A stretch of 64,000 bases of DNA, taken from contig OZ024745.1 in NCBI GenBank assembly GCA_964016885.1, positions 48,174,001-48,238,000 on the forward strand, written 5' to 3'. The notes under the pieces are model-generated. The model was not told where the DNA came from. It searched no databases and was given only the letters and a program-made list of their open reading frames with translations. Position 1 is the stretch's first letter, and every line of letters starts with the position of its first letter. Positions 53,001-60,185 of the stretch are shown piece after piece. Source of the DNA: Eledone cirrhosa. Lineage: Eukaryota. The translations under genes were made by a program, and so were the position numbers.

Positions 53001-56000
53001 ATTCTACTCTCTAACCAGATGATAAATGCACCCATACATTCTTTAAAGTGTTTAGTGATAAGAAGAGCATCCAGCTATAGAAAACTTGCTAAACAAAGGG
53101 TTGAAAAGACCCTTCAGCTCTGTCAAAGACATAACAACCTCCCTAGTAAAGTATACTTGGTAGTGCACAGAACTGTATATAGATGAGATGTAGGCCCCTA
53201 GCCCACCTGAGAGGTCAGTAGCCCCATTTAAGTACTAATTCAATCTGTGAAGACTCATCCAACCCTTGCTAATTTGGTAAACGAACATTAAATGGTAATG
53301 ATGATGATATATCAAACTAATAGTGAATTCTCCTTGTTTATTTTAGGTATCTTGGACCCCAAGACTCATCTTTAACAGCAATAGATGTTGATATTTTGAA
53401 AGGTCATTATATCCCAGAGGAATCTTTAAAGATGGTAATATCACACAAATATTATTTTATCAAATCTTAACCCTTTTGATACCAAACCTCCTGAAACTGC
53501 CCCCAATTTATGTTACAAAACTGCTCATTTTAAAATGCTTATCCTTAATTTTATTCTAGAAATCTTTCTTCACTAATGTTTTAGATATCAGTTTACTTAT
53601 GAAAAACTTCATTATTTTATTAAATTCCTCCAAATGTTTGGTTGTTTTCAAAATTAATAACACATGGGCAGTGAATTTCATTTGAAATACAGTAATGAAA
53701 GCGTGAAATATTGTTCATGACAGTTAAGCATATATCTCAAAGACTTGCTTTCCAATTCAAAGGCAGGAAATACTTTAGTTCTGAATAGCTGATGATCCTC
53801 TACAAAGCATAAGTATTATCTACAACATTCAAATAGTGCTTCCAAATTTGAGATAGTCTCACTTACACAGTCTTCATTGTATCTGTTTAAATTTAAACCT
53901 TCCATCATAATTTTATGTGAGAACATTTATTAAGTTATTGTCCAAATACCAGCTTAATAATGAAAAAGTTAGTTGTATTACATCTCTCTAATTTTTGGTT
54001 ATTTTAGAATTTATTTAAAATCACAGGTAGTGTATTTCATTAGAAATATAATGATGAAAATGTAAAAAGGGAATAACAAAATATATATGAGGCAGTTTAA
54101 GGTGAATTTCTAAGTATCCTGTTGATTGGGAACTCAATTTAGTGCTGCAGATCCGTAAATGATATCATTTGATACAAACTCATTATAATATATTATAATA
54201 CCATTATGCATAATCTTTTTCATATAATATAATATTTCTTTATTTCAGCTGTCAGCTGATAACTTGAAACATTTAAAATTAAATGGTAAAACTACATTGA
54301 CATTAATCTTTGAGAGCGTAAGTATTGTTACTACAGAAATCTTGCTTCATATTATGTTTTATTTTTATGTTTATTTCATTTTATTTTATTTTGTTGTTTT
54401 CTCTTGTGTAATTTATATATAGAACAACTATGTTATAGAATTTTAATTGTAATTGAAGCAAAAATAGATGTATGTGAATTATTGTGGAAGGTAGAAAAGA
54501 CACATCAAAGACAACAGCATATCATTTAAATTATAGGTATTTATAATCTTTAGTAATCTAGATTATAAAAGAAAACCTGTTTCTCCATTTGTCTGTCCAC
54601 ACCATTTATATGTAGGAGTGAAAAGGGGAAGAGTGAATGGGGAGGCAACCCTTTTTTTTAGGCTGAGAAAAGGGAGATAACTTGTGTCATGCTTATAGTT
54701 TATTGCAAACTTAAGACTCTACAAGGGTTAGGGGTAATAAGGTAGAGATCTGTAGGAAGGGGTGGTCGGGATGAGCCAGAGGAGGGGGGGGGGGGTTATT
54801 TGTGCCCGAAACGACAAGGCTGGAGACGGAGAATGAGTCACTGCATATTGCATCCAAAATTAGGGACTTGTCTTCCTTGAAAGTGAAGAAGGCTTAACCT
54901 GTTGAGGCACTTGCCATCGCTCTGGTCATGTCCAGCTGGCTCCAGTTGCGAAGGGAAACTGGTTGCTTTGAGGCTCCTTCTGATGATGTTGTTCAGAGTA
55001 CCATGACAGGGGAGCCAGCCTGCACTAAGGCTGCAAGATAATGGGTGCAGACAGAACTCATCAACCACTGTTCTACAACAGCATCTGTGTGACTCACATA
55101 CACGGAGGCCAAGGTGCTGTGCTGCACCAATGTGGGTGCACTTCTTATCAAGAACTCTAAGTTTGTATCCCTCTTTCATCCTTTGTGAGGTGGGGCTCTA
55201 TGAAATAAAATGCCAGTGATGTACTGGGAACAATTTACTTGAGTATACCATTCACCCAAATTTGAGGCCTTCTCCTTTGTCATAAATCAATATTATAAAT
55301 TGCAAGAATTTCATTAATAAAATGAATAGGTTTAACTCTTTTTGATACCAAACTGTTTGAAACCACCACTAATTCTATTAAACAAGTATTTAAAGTATTT
55401 ATATTTTTCTAAAACCTTCCATCCTGGGGGTCTGACAGTATGGGCAGGACAGGTTAGTGCAGGGCTGGGGAGTGCAAGAGGAGAAAATAGAAGTCTGGAG
55501 TGGAGATATCATGTGAGCATCCGCATTAACAATAGAAAATGTAAAAGGCTTTATGTTATGCTCCAAACACCAGCTAAATAATGAGAAAGTTAGTTATGTT
55601 ACTCTAATTTTTTTTATTATTTTCAAAATGATTTGAAACTCACAAGTAACATTTTTCATAAGAAATATGGTAATTAAAGGGTTAATACATTTCAGATTCC
55701 AAGCAACAAAGTACTCACTTTCCATTTACTGGTAGTCAAAGATGGATATGAAAACTCAATATATCGGTCAACCATTCAAGTTTATGAATTTAGTAAGCTA
55801 CGTAAGTGTACACATTTCTTTTATGTTTCTTGTACCTAAATAAAAAAAATCATTATCTTCTTCTCCTCCTCCTCTTCCTCCTTCTTGGCCCACTTATTCC
55901 TGGAAGGGTCAGAGGAACTGAATCCTCAAACACACCTTCGAGTGGGTCTTGTTAGAAGCCAATATCTATAATTGATCTGGCTGGATCCCCAAGTGAGGCC

Positions 56001-59000
56001 AGCTGAGCTCACACATGTTATCCAACCATCTTGCTCAGGGACTACCCCTGGGTCTCCTGATGTTTGGTTTTGCCTATAAAATTTGTCCAGCAATTCCTGA
56101 GATATTCTAACCACCTGTCCACGTTATTGGAGCTGTAATCTCTTAATTCGGAGAAGTAGTGATTCTACTTGGAGCCCCTTTTATTATTTTTGTGGTAGGT
56201 CTGAAGGAAGGAGCAGTTCTCTTGCCCTTCACTGACTCTAGCGGAAGTTCCCATGACCTTTACAGAGCTTCCAAAAGTGAACAAATAGATGCCATTAATG
56301 TTCTGCTTAAACTGTTGCACGTTGACTCCACTGGAAAGACATGAGTGGGGAGGGAATTTCTGGGGGTCTGACAGTATGGGCAGGACAGGTTAGTGGTTAG
56401 TGCAGGGCTGGGGAGTGCAAGAGGAGAAAATAGAAGTCTGGAGTGCCTGAGTGGAGATATCATGTGAGCATCCGTATTAACAATAGAAAATGTTGAAGAA
56501 GGACAGCACATGTTTCTATTCTGTAAAAAGTAGGTTGGTAGAATTAGTGGAAGACTTGGAGGTCCCTTGGTTTCAAGGATGACAACATCTCTTTGTGTTG
56601 GTGCTAAATGCAGTTGGTGATTATGCTGATGTGAGCGAAGACCATGAGCTGAGCAGCAGAGTTTTCCACAGGTCAGACAAGGAAAGGGTAAGCTGGGTGT
56701 TGGAAGTGATCTTGCAGCAGCTGTAACAAACTTTGCTTAGCATTCATCAAACCATATGCCAACTCTAACTACAAATCAATAATAATTGCATGTAAACTTC
56801 ATTATATATAGTATAATATTATACCTTTTCAGATGAAAGCTGTACAATTCTTTACCCAGATAAAAAAATTAATTTGTTCTGTGACTCAAAGAAAACAGAG
56901 TGTATTTGTTCAGGAAGTAAGTATAATATTTCATTATTTCATTTTTTAGATTGGCAGTATTGGTGGAGCGTCAGATACCATGCTTTGCAACATTGAACTA
57001 TGGCCCTTTACGTTCTGAGTTTAAATCCTGTTTAAATCCCGTTTAAATCCCGCCGAGGTTAACTTTGCCTTTTATCCCTACAAGGTCGATAAAATAAAGT
57101 ACCAGTAATGCACTGGGGTAATTGCTGGCCTTGTGCCAAAAGTAGAAACAATTATTTCTTCTAACTCTGTCTACTTTGTCTTTGAAGCATCTACACCAAC
57201 TACTACTTAGGTCACCAGAGTAATAGTTCTAGAGAGCCCTCAGGGTACTTGAAAAATTATTTCAAACATGCTCTTACTCTTGTGCATCTGCTACATACAA
57301 AGTTTTCTTCTATGTCAGCTTGCTTGTCATTAAACTGAAACTAACTGCTGCTTTGCCATTTCTGTTTCTAGTAATATATTCTGTATGTTCCAATTGTTCC
57401 ATGTAGTATTTCATTTTTTCTTCTTTTTTTATCATACATACCATTCATACATACATATATAGCATACATATATACCATACATACATACATAAATGGATAT
57501 TTATCTCCAGGAAAATATTCAAAGAGTAAAATTTCTTTTTAAAAAAGAATTCTAAAATGATATCATCAATACAGGATGTGGAGGGAAGAATGGAAGCAAA
57601 AAAAGAAGTGCTAAAATAACTAAAAAAATAAATATTTCCATACACTGACAATATTAAAATCACACAACTTATGTAAGTGTTCACCCACGATGGGTTGAGC
57701 ATTGTAAACAGAAGGCAACCATTGATAATTAAAGATGTCTGATTTGGAGATTGTCAACCAATTGTGATTCCAATGACAGACACCATATGCTAGGACCAGA
57801 TATCAATTCAAGATCCAACTTAATCATGCTAATCCATGTTTTCAGATGTCTACTTCACTGCTTACACCCTTCTATTGCAACTGTGTCACAAATAACCTCA
57901 TCTCATGGGTAGCAGTGTGCATGACCAAACCAACCGAGGTGCCTTTTGAGTAAAAGTTGTTGAAAGGAATGAATCTAATAGTGATGACAAGTTTCAGGAT
58001 TTTTTTTTAAATGAATACATAATAACCTCTGTATCTCAGATATTGATATTTTTCTTTGAATAGTTTGTGTAAATTGCTCAGATAATGGAAGATTAAATAA
58101 AATAACATATTACGAGGAATTGGCTTGTAAATCAAACCAAGTTGGTGAGTTATTTATTCTCTTATTTTCCTTTTAACCCTTTTACATTTATATATTTACT
58201 ATTGTATTTTTGTGGTAAACACTTTATCTTACATAATCATCTCATATAATATCGAATCTATGAGATTTTGATATTTATTTTGAGAACAATACCTTAACAT
58301 CAGTATGAGTGGCCAGTTAAGACTGGTTTGAACAGGAAAAGGGGGGAGAACTCTGGCTGGATATGGCTGATTTAAATGCTAAAGGGTTAGCAGGTGATGT
58401 ATTGGCAGAACGTTGGATTGTGTGCTTTGCAGTATTCGTTCCACATTTCTGTGATCTGTGTTCAAATCCTGGTATGGTGAACTTAACCTTTCATTCTTTT
58501 AAAGTTGATAAATAAAGTACCAGTTCAGTACTGTGGTCAACTCTTCCTCTATATCTCTTTCTCACTTTCTTTCTCTGGAAGAAATCAGTTGGTTTAAAAT
58601 GCCCCCACCCCCTCTCCTCCCAAAAAATGTATGTCACAACAGTGCCCTTATAACTCCATCAGGGTTATGGGTTCCTACGTTCATGCATACAAACAATAAT
58701 TTAGCAGAAAATATCTATTAAAAAAAACCAGGTTTGTTGATCTAAATGTTTATAGTATCTTTACTAATGGACAGGTTGTTATGAACATTTCCAGTATCAA
58801 AGTAGACTTTAAACTTTAAAAATTATATAGCATTATTTTGTACCTTTCAAGAACGTTTTTTTAATGCTGTTTCACGTGGTATAGGACGTTAAAAGTTAAT
58901 TTAGAATGTACTGTTGTATTTTCGCGTAAAGGTTTTATTAGACTTTCTGTTTTTTCTTCTTTTTTTTTGTGCCTCACTTATCACCCTACCAGGAAGTGTG

Positions 59001-60185
59001 ACCAACAAATAGTATTGGCTTTTAAAAGACCAATGGAAACATAGTTTTCTTGGTCCAATCTGATGATTGGCTTCTTTCTTTCTTTTACCGTTGAATTTAT
59101 TTCAGTGTAACCACCACCACCACCACCACCGTCACCACCACCACCACCACCACCACCACTGCCACCGCCACCACCACCACCACCACGATCATGATCATGA
59201 TCATCATCATGATCATGATCATGATCATCATAATGATCATCATAATGATAATGATCATGATCATCATCATGATCATCATAATGATCATGATCATCATCAT
59301 GATCATCATGATCATGATGATGATCTCTATGTCATGTATAACTTTCTATTCCCTTGGTGGTATCTAGAACATGTGTTGTTCATTAATTTTCTCACCAGCT
59401 CTCCTTCAATTATATTTTGATGGCCTGGTTAGCTTATGTACTGGTTAGATTCTCTTGTTTTCTTTTGGTTTTCAAATTTCTATATTCCAAACCACATTAG
59501 ATCATCTTACTGCCCCACTTTCAATTCTGTCTCTCTTCATAATCTCAGCCGCGCTCTCTTCCTTTCTGTCATACATTATTGTGACCCTCTGGCCCAGCAC
59601 TAGTGATATTGCCTGTTATCTAGGAAGATCAAAGAGTACCCCCTACTCTACAGCATGAAATGAGCGAATGATGGGTTCAAAAGGGGTTGGGTGAGTAATG
59701 AGAGAGAGAAACAAAGAGGGAGTGAGTGAGTGAGAGCTGGCAGTACAAAAATGACGATGGTAAGGTGTATCTATAAAATAAAGTACCAGTAATGCATTGT
59801 GGCTGATTTAATCAATTTTCCTCTCCCCTAAAATTGTTGGCCTTGGGTCTAAATGAAAACCATTATTATGTGGATTGGCAGTATCGGTAGAGGGTCGGAC
59901 GCCATGCTTTCCAGCACAGTTACCTCCCTTTACGGACTGAGTTCAAATCCCGCCGAGGTTAACTTTGCCTTTCATCCTTACGGGGTCGATAAAATAAAGT
60001 ACCAGTAATGCGCTGGGTAATTGCTGGCCTTGTGCCTAAAGTAGAAACAATTATTATTATCATTATTATTGTTGTTAAGAAATTATTATTATTTTTATTA
60101 TCATCATTCATTACAGTGGCATTCATCAAATTGTTGTCAATTGATTCAGAAATATATACAGCAGAAGTAATAGAGTTTTTAAAAG
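3671..60185 (+). CDS. Complement C3-like protein gene (thioester-protein superfamily), 28 reconstructed exons, partial at both ends; thioester-dead variant
   Basis: Exons with AG/GT boundaries and compatible phases translate into C3/A2M landmarks in the correct order: YIYDKFVVG (MG3), DMVPTAKFLVYY (MG5), VDKAMNYLN, RKKR, LPDYITTW, GSGEQ, RKNDGSYS, STWLTAFVLK, LQALADY, RYLG (MG8), CICSG..C..C..LAC (anchor/C345C). Confidence 0.9.
4993..5163 (+). CDS. C3-like exon (MG3 end): LNNGQCTFNIK...VRVIESNTRATEY...DLQYK
   Basis: aag acceptor, gtaagt donor; 57 codons, phase 0/0. Confidence 0.75.
5873..5980 (+). CDS. C3-like exon: ELLDANENKHYKDVSDQQKNNNVSIILTRSNIKLLT
   Basis: tttttag acceptor, gtaagt donor; 36 codons; NNVSIIL resembles the MG5 start NNYLHL. 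Confidence 0.7.
6504..6901 (+). mobile_element. mariner remnants, including a 180-bp TIR-bounded deletion derivative (6722-6901)
   Basis: TIR tacgaaggcaatcccaaaagtaaggtct and its inverse at 6874-6901; internal DRRITLDAL..EVSRSTIHRILTEKLQYRK (transposase HTH); a second left TIR at 6504. Confidence 0.8.
7732..7945. mobile_element. Degenerate mariner-like MITE
   Basis: ctgaaaagtttataggctgac and inverted gtcagcctatgaacttttca. Confidence 0.45.
8091..8153 (+). CDS. C3-like exon (MG5): DKNVRITAEVTDLSVRTLSYM
   Basis: tgcag acceptor, gtaag donor; 21 codons; joins IISKGK as in C3 YTYLIMNKG. Confidence 0.75.
8714..8930 (-). mobile_element. RTE LINE 3' fragment (family A)
   Basis: WVKKCQEIPVE..RGRPRKSW and (CAT)n tail. 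Confidence 0.8.
9135..9280. repeat. Perfect inverted repeat, 68-bp arms with 10-nt loop
   Basis: 9135-9202 is the reverse complement of 9213-9280; followed by (TA)n. Confidence 0.92.
9347..9532 (+). CDS. C3-like exon (MG5): IISKGKVLL...ITSDMVPTAKFLVYYY...DVYDVCPFM
   Basis: ttacag acceptor, gtaaaa donor; 62 codons; typical M-x-P-x-x-R/K-x-x-V-Y-Y motif. Confidence 0.85.
9633..10218 (-). mobile_element. R4/Dong-like non-LTR retrotransposon 3' fragment (restriction-like endonuclease), frameshifted
   Basis: HNWSDIVVWD..C.VVEISCP / K..EK..Y..L / IPIIIGATG motifs; flanked by (TATG)n on both sides. Confidence 0.75.
11495..11818 (-). mobile_element. tRNA-derived SINE with RTE-family-A 3' tail (further copies at about 13060-13423 and 46500-46835)
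   Basis: Minus-strand head ggaggcacatggcttagtggttagagc...gttcaattc (A and B boxes); tail cccacccttgcaagcagggaaaa..acgtaaaa shared with the LINE. Confidence 0.82.
14298..14441 (+). CDS. C3-like exon (MG6 beta): IYTDKKEYHPKE...VVLSFVDKAMNYLNNKHRITKEF
   Basis: cttttag acceptor, gtaagt donor; 48 codons; VDKA motif. Confidence 0.88.
15911..15964 (+). CDS. C3-like exon (linker): VRDQMLLNLETDGMLNND
   Basis: ttgtag acceptor, gtaagt donor; 18 codons; weak similarity only. Confidence 0.6.
17160..17279 (+). CDS. C3-like exon with RKKR processing site: NFKLSIVQDYDRTFLQRKKRQDATISREVPVTTPKQFNHL
   Basis: Poly-T tract plus gtag acceptor; RKKR at 17208-17219; donor ambiguous (exon end 17279 or 17238). Confidence 0.72.
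17770..18630 (+). mobile_element. Old degenerate RTE LINE 3' part
   Basis: FVCRRC...GGGCSGSIIARIRIGWKKFRELL with frameshifts; (GAT)n tail. Confidence 0.8.
19488..21068 (+). mobile_element. RTE LINE, 5'-truncated (family B), premature stop at 19924-19926
   Basis: GVHQGSVLSP and YADD RT motifs; 3'UTR of about 400 bp; (GAT)n tail. Confidence 0.92.
21068..21739 (+). mobile_element. Non-autonomous Helitron-like element
   Basis: 3' end has hairpin cccgtgcaatgccggg followed by ctag|t; related to 29452-30048. Confidence 0.65.
21990..22059 (+). CDS. C3-like exon (acidic alpha'NT-like): IENPQVPGNFEYMFNDNENFIED
   Basis: ttgtag acceptor, gtaagt donor; ends in phase 1, matching the next exon. Confidence 0.65.
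22646..24263 (+). mobile_element. RTE LINE, 5'-truncated (family B), 380-aa uninterrupted RT/C-terminal ORF
   Basis: FVDLEKAFDRVP, GVHQGS, YADD and FRYLG motifs; (GAT)n tail. Confidence 0.93.
24340..24385 (+). CDS. C3-like exon: (N)SADILPGEFYDLKL(R)
   Basis: ttttcag acceptor, gtgata donor; phase 1/2 fits both neighbours; occupies the position of FPESWLW. Confidence 0.65.
25722..25947 (+). CDS. C3-like exon (MG6 alpha/MG7): NDGISKMNFSLPDYITTWEIQ...FCVAE...FLYNYKNTGLK
   Basis: LPDxITTW and LYNY motifs; aacag acceptor, gtaagt donor. Confidence 0.92.
26519..26749 (+). CDS. C3-like exon (MG7): VKLTLHKSTDLCS...FVIRPIYSGYLPIKVSA...KNTSN
   Basis: cctag acceptor, gtaatt donor; 77 codons; MG7 pattern. 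Confidence 0.85.
26888..26927. repeat. 40-bp perfect palindrome
   Basis: aacatgtagttttgacacta|tagtgtcaaaactacatgtt, close to (TA)n. Confidence 0.88.
26971..27015 (+). ncRNA. Type I hammerhead ribozyme motif, U3-A8 core variant
   Basis: Stem I actgtc/gacagt, core ttgataa, stem II tgac-caga-gtca, gaaa, weak stem III, GUC triplet at 27007-27009. Confidence 0.6.
27315..27402 (+). CDS. C3-like exon (CUB N-half): SLKDNENNLSSEITVPVVKIEDNEISFKN
   Basis: taacag acceptor, gtatgt donor; supplies the phase 0 to 1 shift needed before the TED exon. Confidence 0.7.
27938..28126 (+). CDS. C3-like exon with degenerate thioester site: ...EKLILMSYGSGEQNIIYMALTIYALKY...KKFIRM
   Basis: actag acceptor, gtaaag donor; matches LIxMPxGCGEQNMI apart from C>S and P>S. 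Confidence 0.92.
29452..30048 (-). mobile_element. Non-autonomous Helitron-like element
   Basis: ctag plus hairpin cctggcgttgctcggg at the left end; tctatatatc-type start at the right end. Confidence 0.62.
30525..30600 (+). CDS. C3-like exon (TED): GIEKQMTYRKNDGSYSTFENTESSTW
   Basis: tttcag acceptor, gtaat donor; YRxxDGSYS and STW motifs. Confidence 0.92.
30979..32642 (-). mobile_element. Penelope-like element, 5'-truncated, with GIY-YIG endonuclease remnant and inverted termini
   Basis: ORF 32196-32624 CPLNNNCLVKNIVY..YVGST..FKSRFNNH..C.LC.EE; about 40-bp inverted repeat 30979-31018 / 32601-32642; adjacent to (TA)n. Confidence 0.82.
32694..34096 (-). mobile_element. RTE LINE, 5'-truncated (family B)
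   Basis: ORF with YADD, PHD-like insert and FRYLG; 3'UTR and (CAT)n tail at 32694. Confidence 0.92.
34573..34704. repeat. Perfect inverted repeat, about 65-bp arms
   Basis: atatactatatt...agaaagg cc cctttct...aatatagtatat; runs into (TA)n. Confidence 0.92.
34796..34952 (+). CDS. C3-like exon (TED): LTAFVLKIFCEA...WLLKKQKNNGAFKEDKLIIYKEMM
   Basis: attag acceptor, gtaagt donor; WLTAFV and QxxxGxFxE motifs. Confidence 0.92.
36424..36501 (+). CDS. C3-like exon (TED): GVISDTGLTAFVLISFMECKENFHQE
   Basis: atccag acceptor, gtaatt donor; LTAFVLIS motif. Confidence 0.9.
37040..37762 (+). mobile_element. RTE LINE 3' fragment (family A) with internal deletions
   Basis: KKFRELLPLLTKKGFSLRTKGRLYDAC; (GAT)n tail. 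Confidence 0.85.
38104..38278 (+). CDS. C3-like exon (TED): ILENEQVIIHSIKYLEQEL...SIVTYALT...KAISES
   Basis: aacag acceptor, gtagta donor; YLE and YAL helices. Confidence 0.88.
40438..41071 (+). repeat. 40-bp minisatellite, about 16 near-identical copies
   Basis: Unit aaacacagaacactatacacatacatgctaccactttcac; degenerate CA-rich precursor upstream (about 39810-40437). Confidence 0.95.
41428..41868 (+). mobile_element. RTE LINE 3' fragment (family A)
   Basis: ORF 41434-41856 ending LNRTHPTLASREKRT; (GAT)n tail. Confidence 0.88.
42009..42181 (+). CDS. C3-like exon (TED): GKKYWQ...SVLTTAYSLL...IFKWLMLQTNKNRIFSSTK
   Basis: tgtag acceptor, gtaagc donor; YW, TAYxLL and WLxxQ motifs. Confidence 0.9.
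43563..43730 (+). CDS. C3-like exon (TED end/CUB): NTVISLQALADYSIK...PAISD
   Basis: ttccag acceptor, gtaaga donor; LQALAxY motif. Confidence 0.9.
43982..44037 (-). ncRNA. Type I hammerhead ribozyme motif in a Penelope-type terminal repeat
   Basis: Minus strand ttttat-CTGATGA-tagagtaccaaaatttggtaccctt-GAAA-tatata-TA-atagaa; the flank matches the terminus of the element at 30979. Confidence 0.6.
44060..44940 (+). mobile_element. Highly degenerate RTE LINE internal fragment (upstream of the RT core)
   Basis: Remnants such as AIKEMKNGKA, EML, CYKGKGDA..RSN.RGIK and FGF, broken by stops and frameshifts. Confidence 0.65.
46065..46255 (+). mobile_element. tRNA-derived SINE, about 190 bp (related copies near 968, 4745, 43250 (-), 45266, 52455, 56950, 59869 and many older ones)
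   Basis: Head ggcggtggattggcag...gagttcaaatccc; body gaggttgactttgcctttcatccttacggggtcgataaaataaagtaccag; (ATT)n tail. Confidence 0.85.
46328..46467 (+). CDS. C3-like exon (CUB/MG8): LPEEDQNTITSLGLGSEV...KKCYFEINSKVIFIEGKKK
   Basis: ttttcag acceptor, gtaagt donor (phase 2); GxG and CxF motifs. Confidence 0.8.
47275..48015 (+). repeat. Diverged minisatellite, about 50-bp unit, about 15 copies
   Basis: Consensus approximately tttagctgctatttctagcacacctatggaccaccatgaggttcccccta. Confidence 0.88.
48029..51267 (-). mobile_element. Non-autonomous Helitron-like element (about 3.2 kb) with nested CR1
   Basis: Minus strand 5' TCtatatatataaaggg at 51267; 3' hairpin cccgggcaacgccggg and CTAG at 48029; inserted between A and T. 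Confidence 0.72.
48952..49697 (+). mobile_element. CR1/L2-group LINE 3' fragment
   Basis: VRPHLEFASSVWNPY..LETVQRRATK..YSERL..FFTLRVAEAWNKLP; internally duplicated 3'UTR; (ATT)n tail. Confidence 0.88.
51742..51985 (+). mobile_element. RTE LINE 3' fragment (family A)
   Basis: KKCQELPVEGRRGRGRPRKTW...; (GAT)n tail. Confidence 0.85.
52027..52098 (+). CDS. C3-like exon (MG8): LCDYSPAMNPNNKTTVYCVTITV(R)
   Basis: taaag acceptor, gttggt donor; phase 2/2, joins to RYLG. Confidence 0.72.
53347..53434 (+). CDS. C3-like exon (MG8): YLGPQDSSLTAIDVDILKGHYIPEESLKM
   Basis: ttttag acceptor, gtaata donor; resembles C3 [21 protein letters not shown]. Confidence 0.88.
54249..54317 (+). CDS. C3-like exon (MG8): LSADNLKHLKLNGKTTLTLIFES
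   Basis: tttcag acceptor, gtaagt donor; 23 codons. Confidence 0.78.
54790..55140 (-). mobile_element. CRE-like non-LTR retrotransposon remnant (zinc knuckle / RLE region)
   Basis: LGL...C.C..VVD..LHPLSC..SAG..CH..LNNIIRRSL..PSQLEP.G....DGK resembles the CRE C-terminus. Confidence 0.7.
55696..55801 (+). CDS. C3-like exon (MG8): IPSNKVLTFHLLVVKDGYENSIYRSTIQVYEFSKL
   Basis: tttcag acceptor, gtaagt donor; VYEFS occupies the VYDYY position. Confidence 0.82.
55860..56150 (-). mobile_element. Degenerate RTE (Rex3/Expander-like) 3' end; related tail at about 42950-43075 (+)
   Basis: Minus-strand RPRGSP*ARWLDNMCELSWPHLGI; shared end gaccct..aataagtgggc.aagaag. Confidence 0.5.
56833..56916 (+). CDS. 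C3-like exon (MG8 end/anchor): ESCTILYPDKKINLFCDSKKTECICSG
   Basis: ttttcag acceptor, gtaagt donor; resembles C3 ESCTRFYHP...LC...CRCAE. Confidence 0.88.
58064..58144 (+). CDS. C3-like exon (C345C start): CVNCSDNGRLNKITYYEELACKSNQV
   Basis: aatag acceptor, gtgagt donor; C...AC pattern at the start of C345C/NTR. Confidence 0.8.
59110..59325. repeat. Compound (CAC)n / (GATCAT)n microsatellite
   Basis: Read directly from the sequence. Confidence 0.9.
60117..60185 (+). CDS. C3-like exon (C345C): AFIKLLSIDSEIYTAEVIEFLK(G)
   Basis: ttacag acceptor, gtatga donor; Y-x-x-x-V-x-x-x-x-KG NTR pattern. Confidence 0.78.

Noticed and set aside
59067-59420. Poly-His/Asp metal-binding protein ORF
   Set aside because: Translation of (CAC)n/(GATCAT)n microsatellites in an intron; no splice or homology support.
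3671-60185. Calling the gene a pseudogene, alpha-2-macroglobulin or CD109
   Set aside because: No stops or frameshifts across 28 exons argues against a pseudogene; anchor cysteines and C345C-like exons after MG8 point to the C3 branch.
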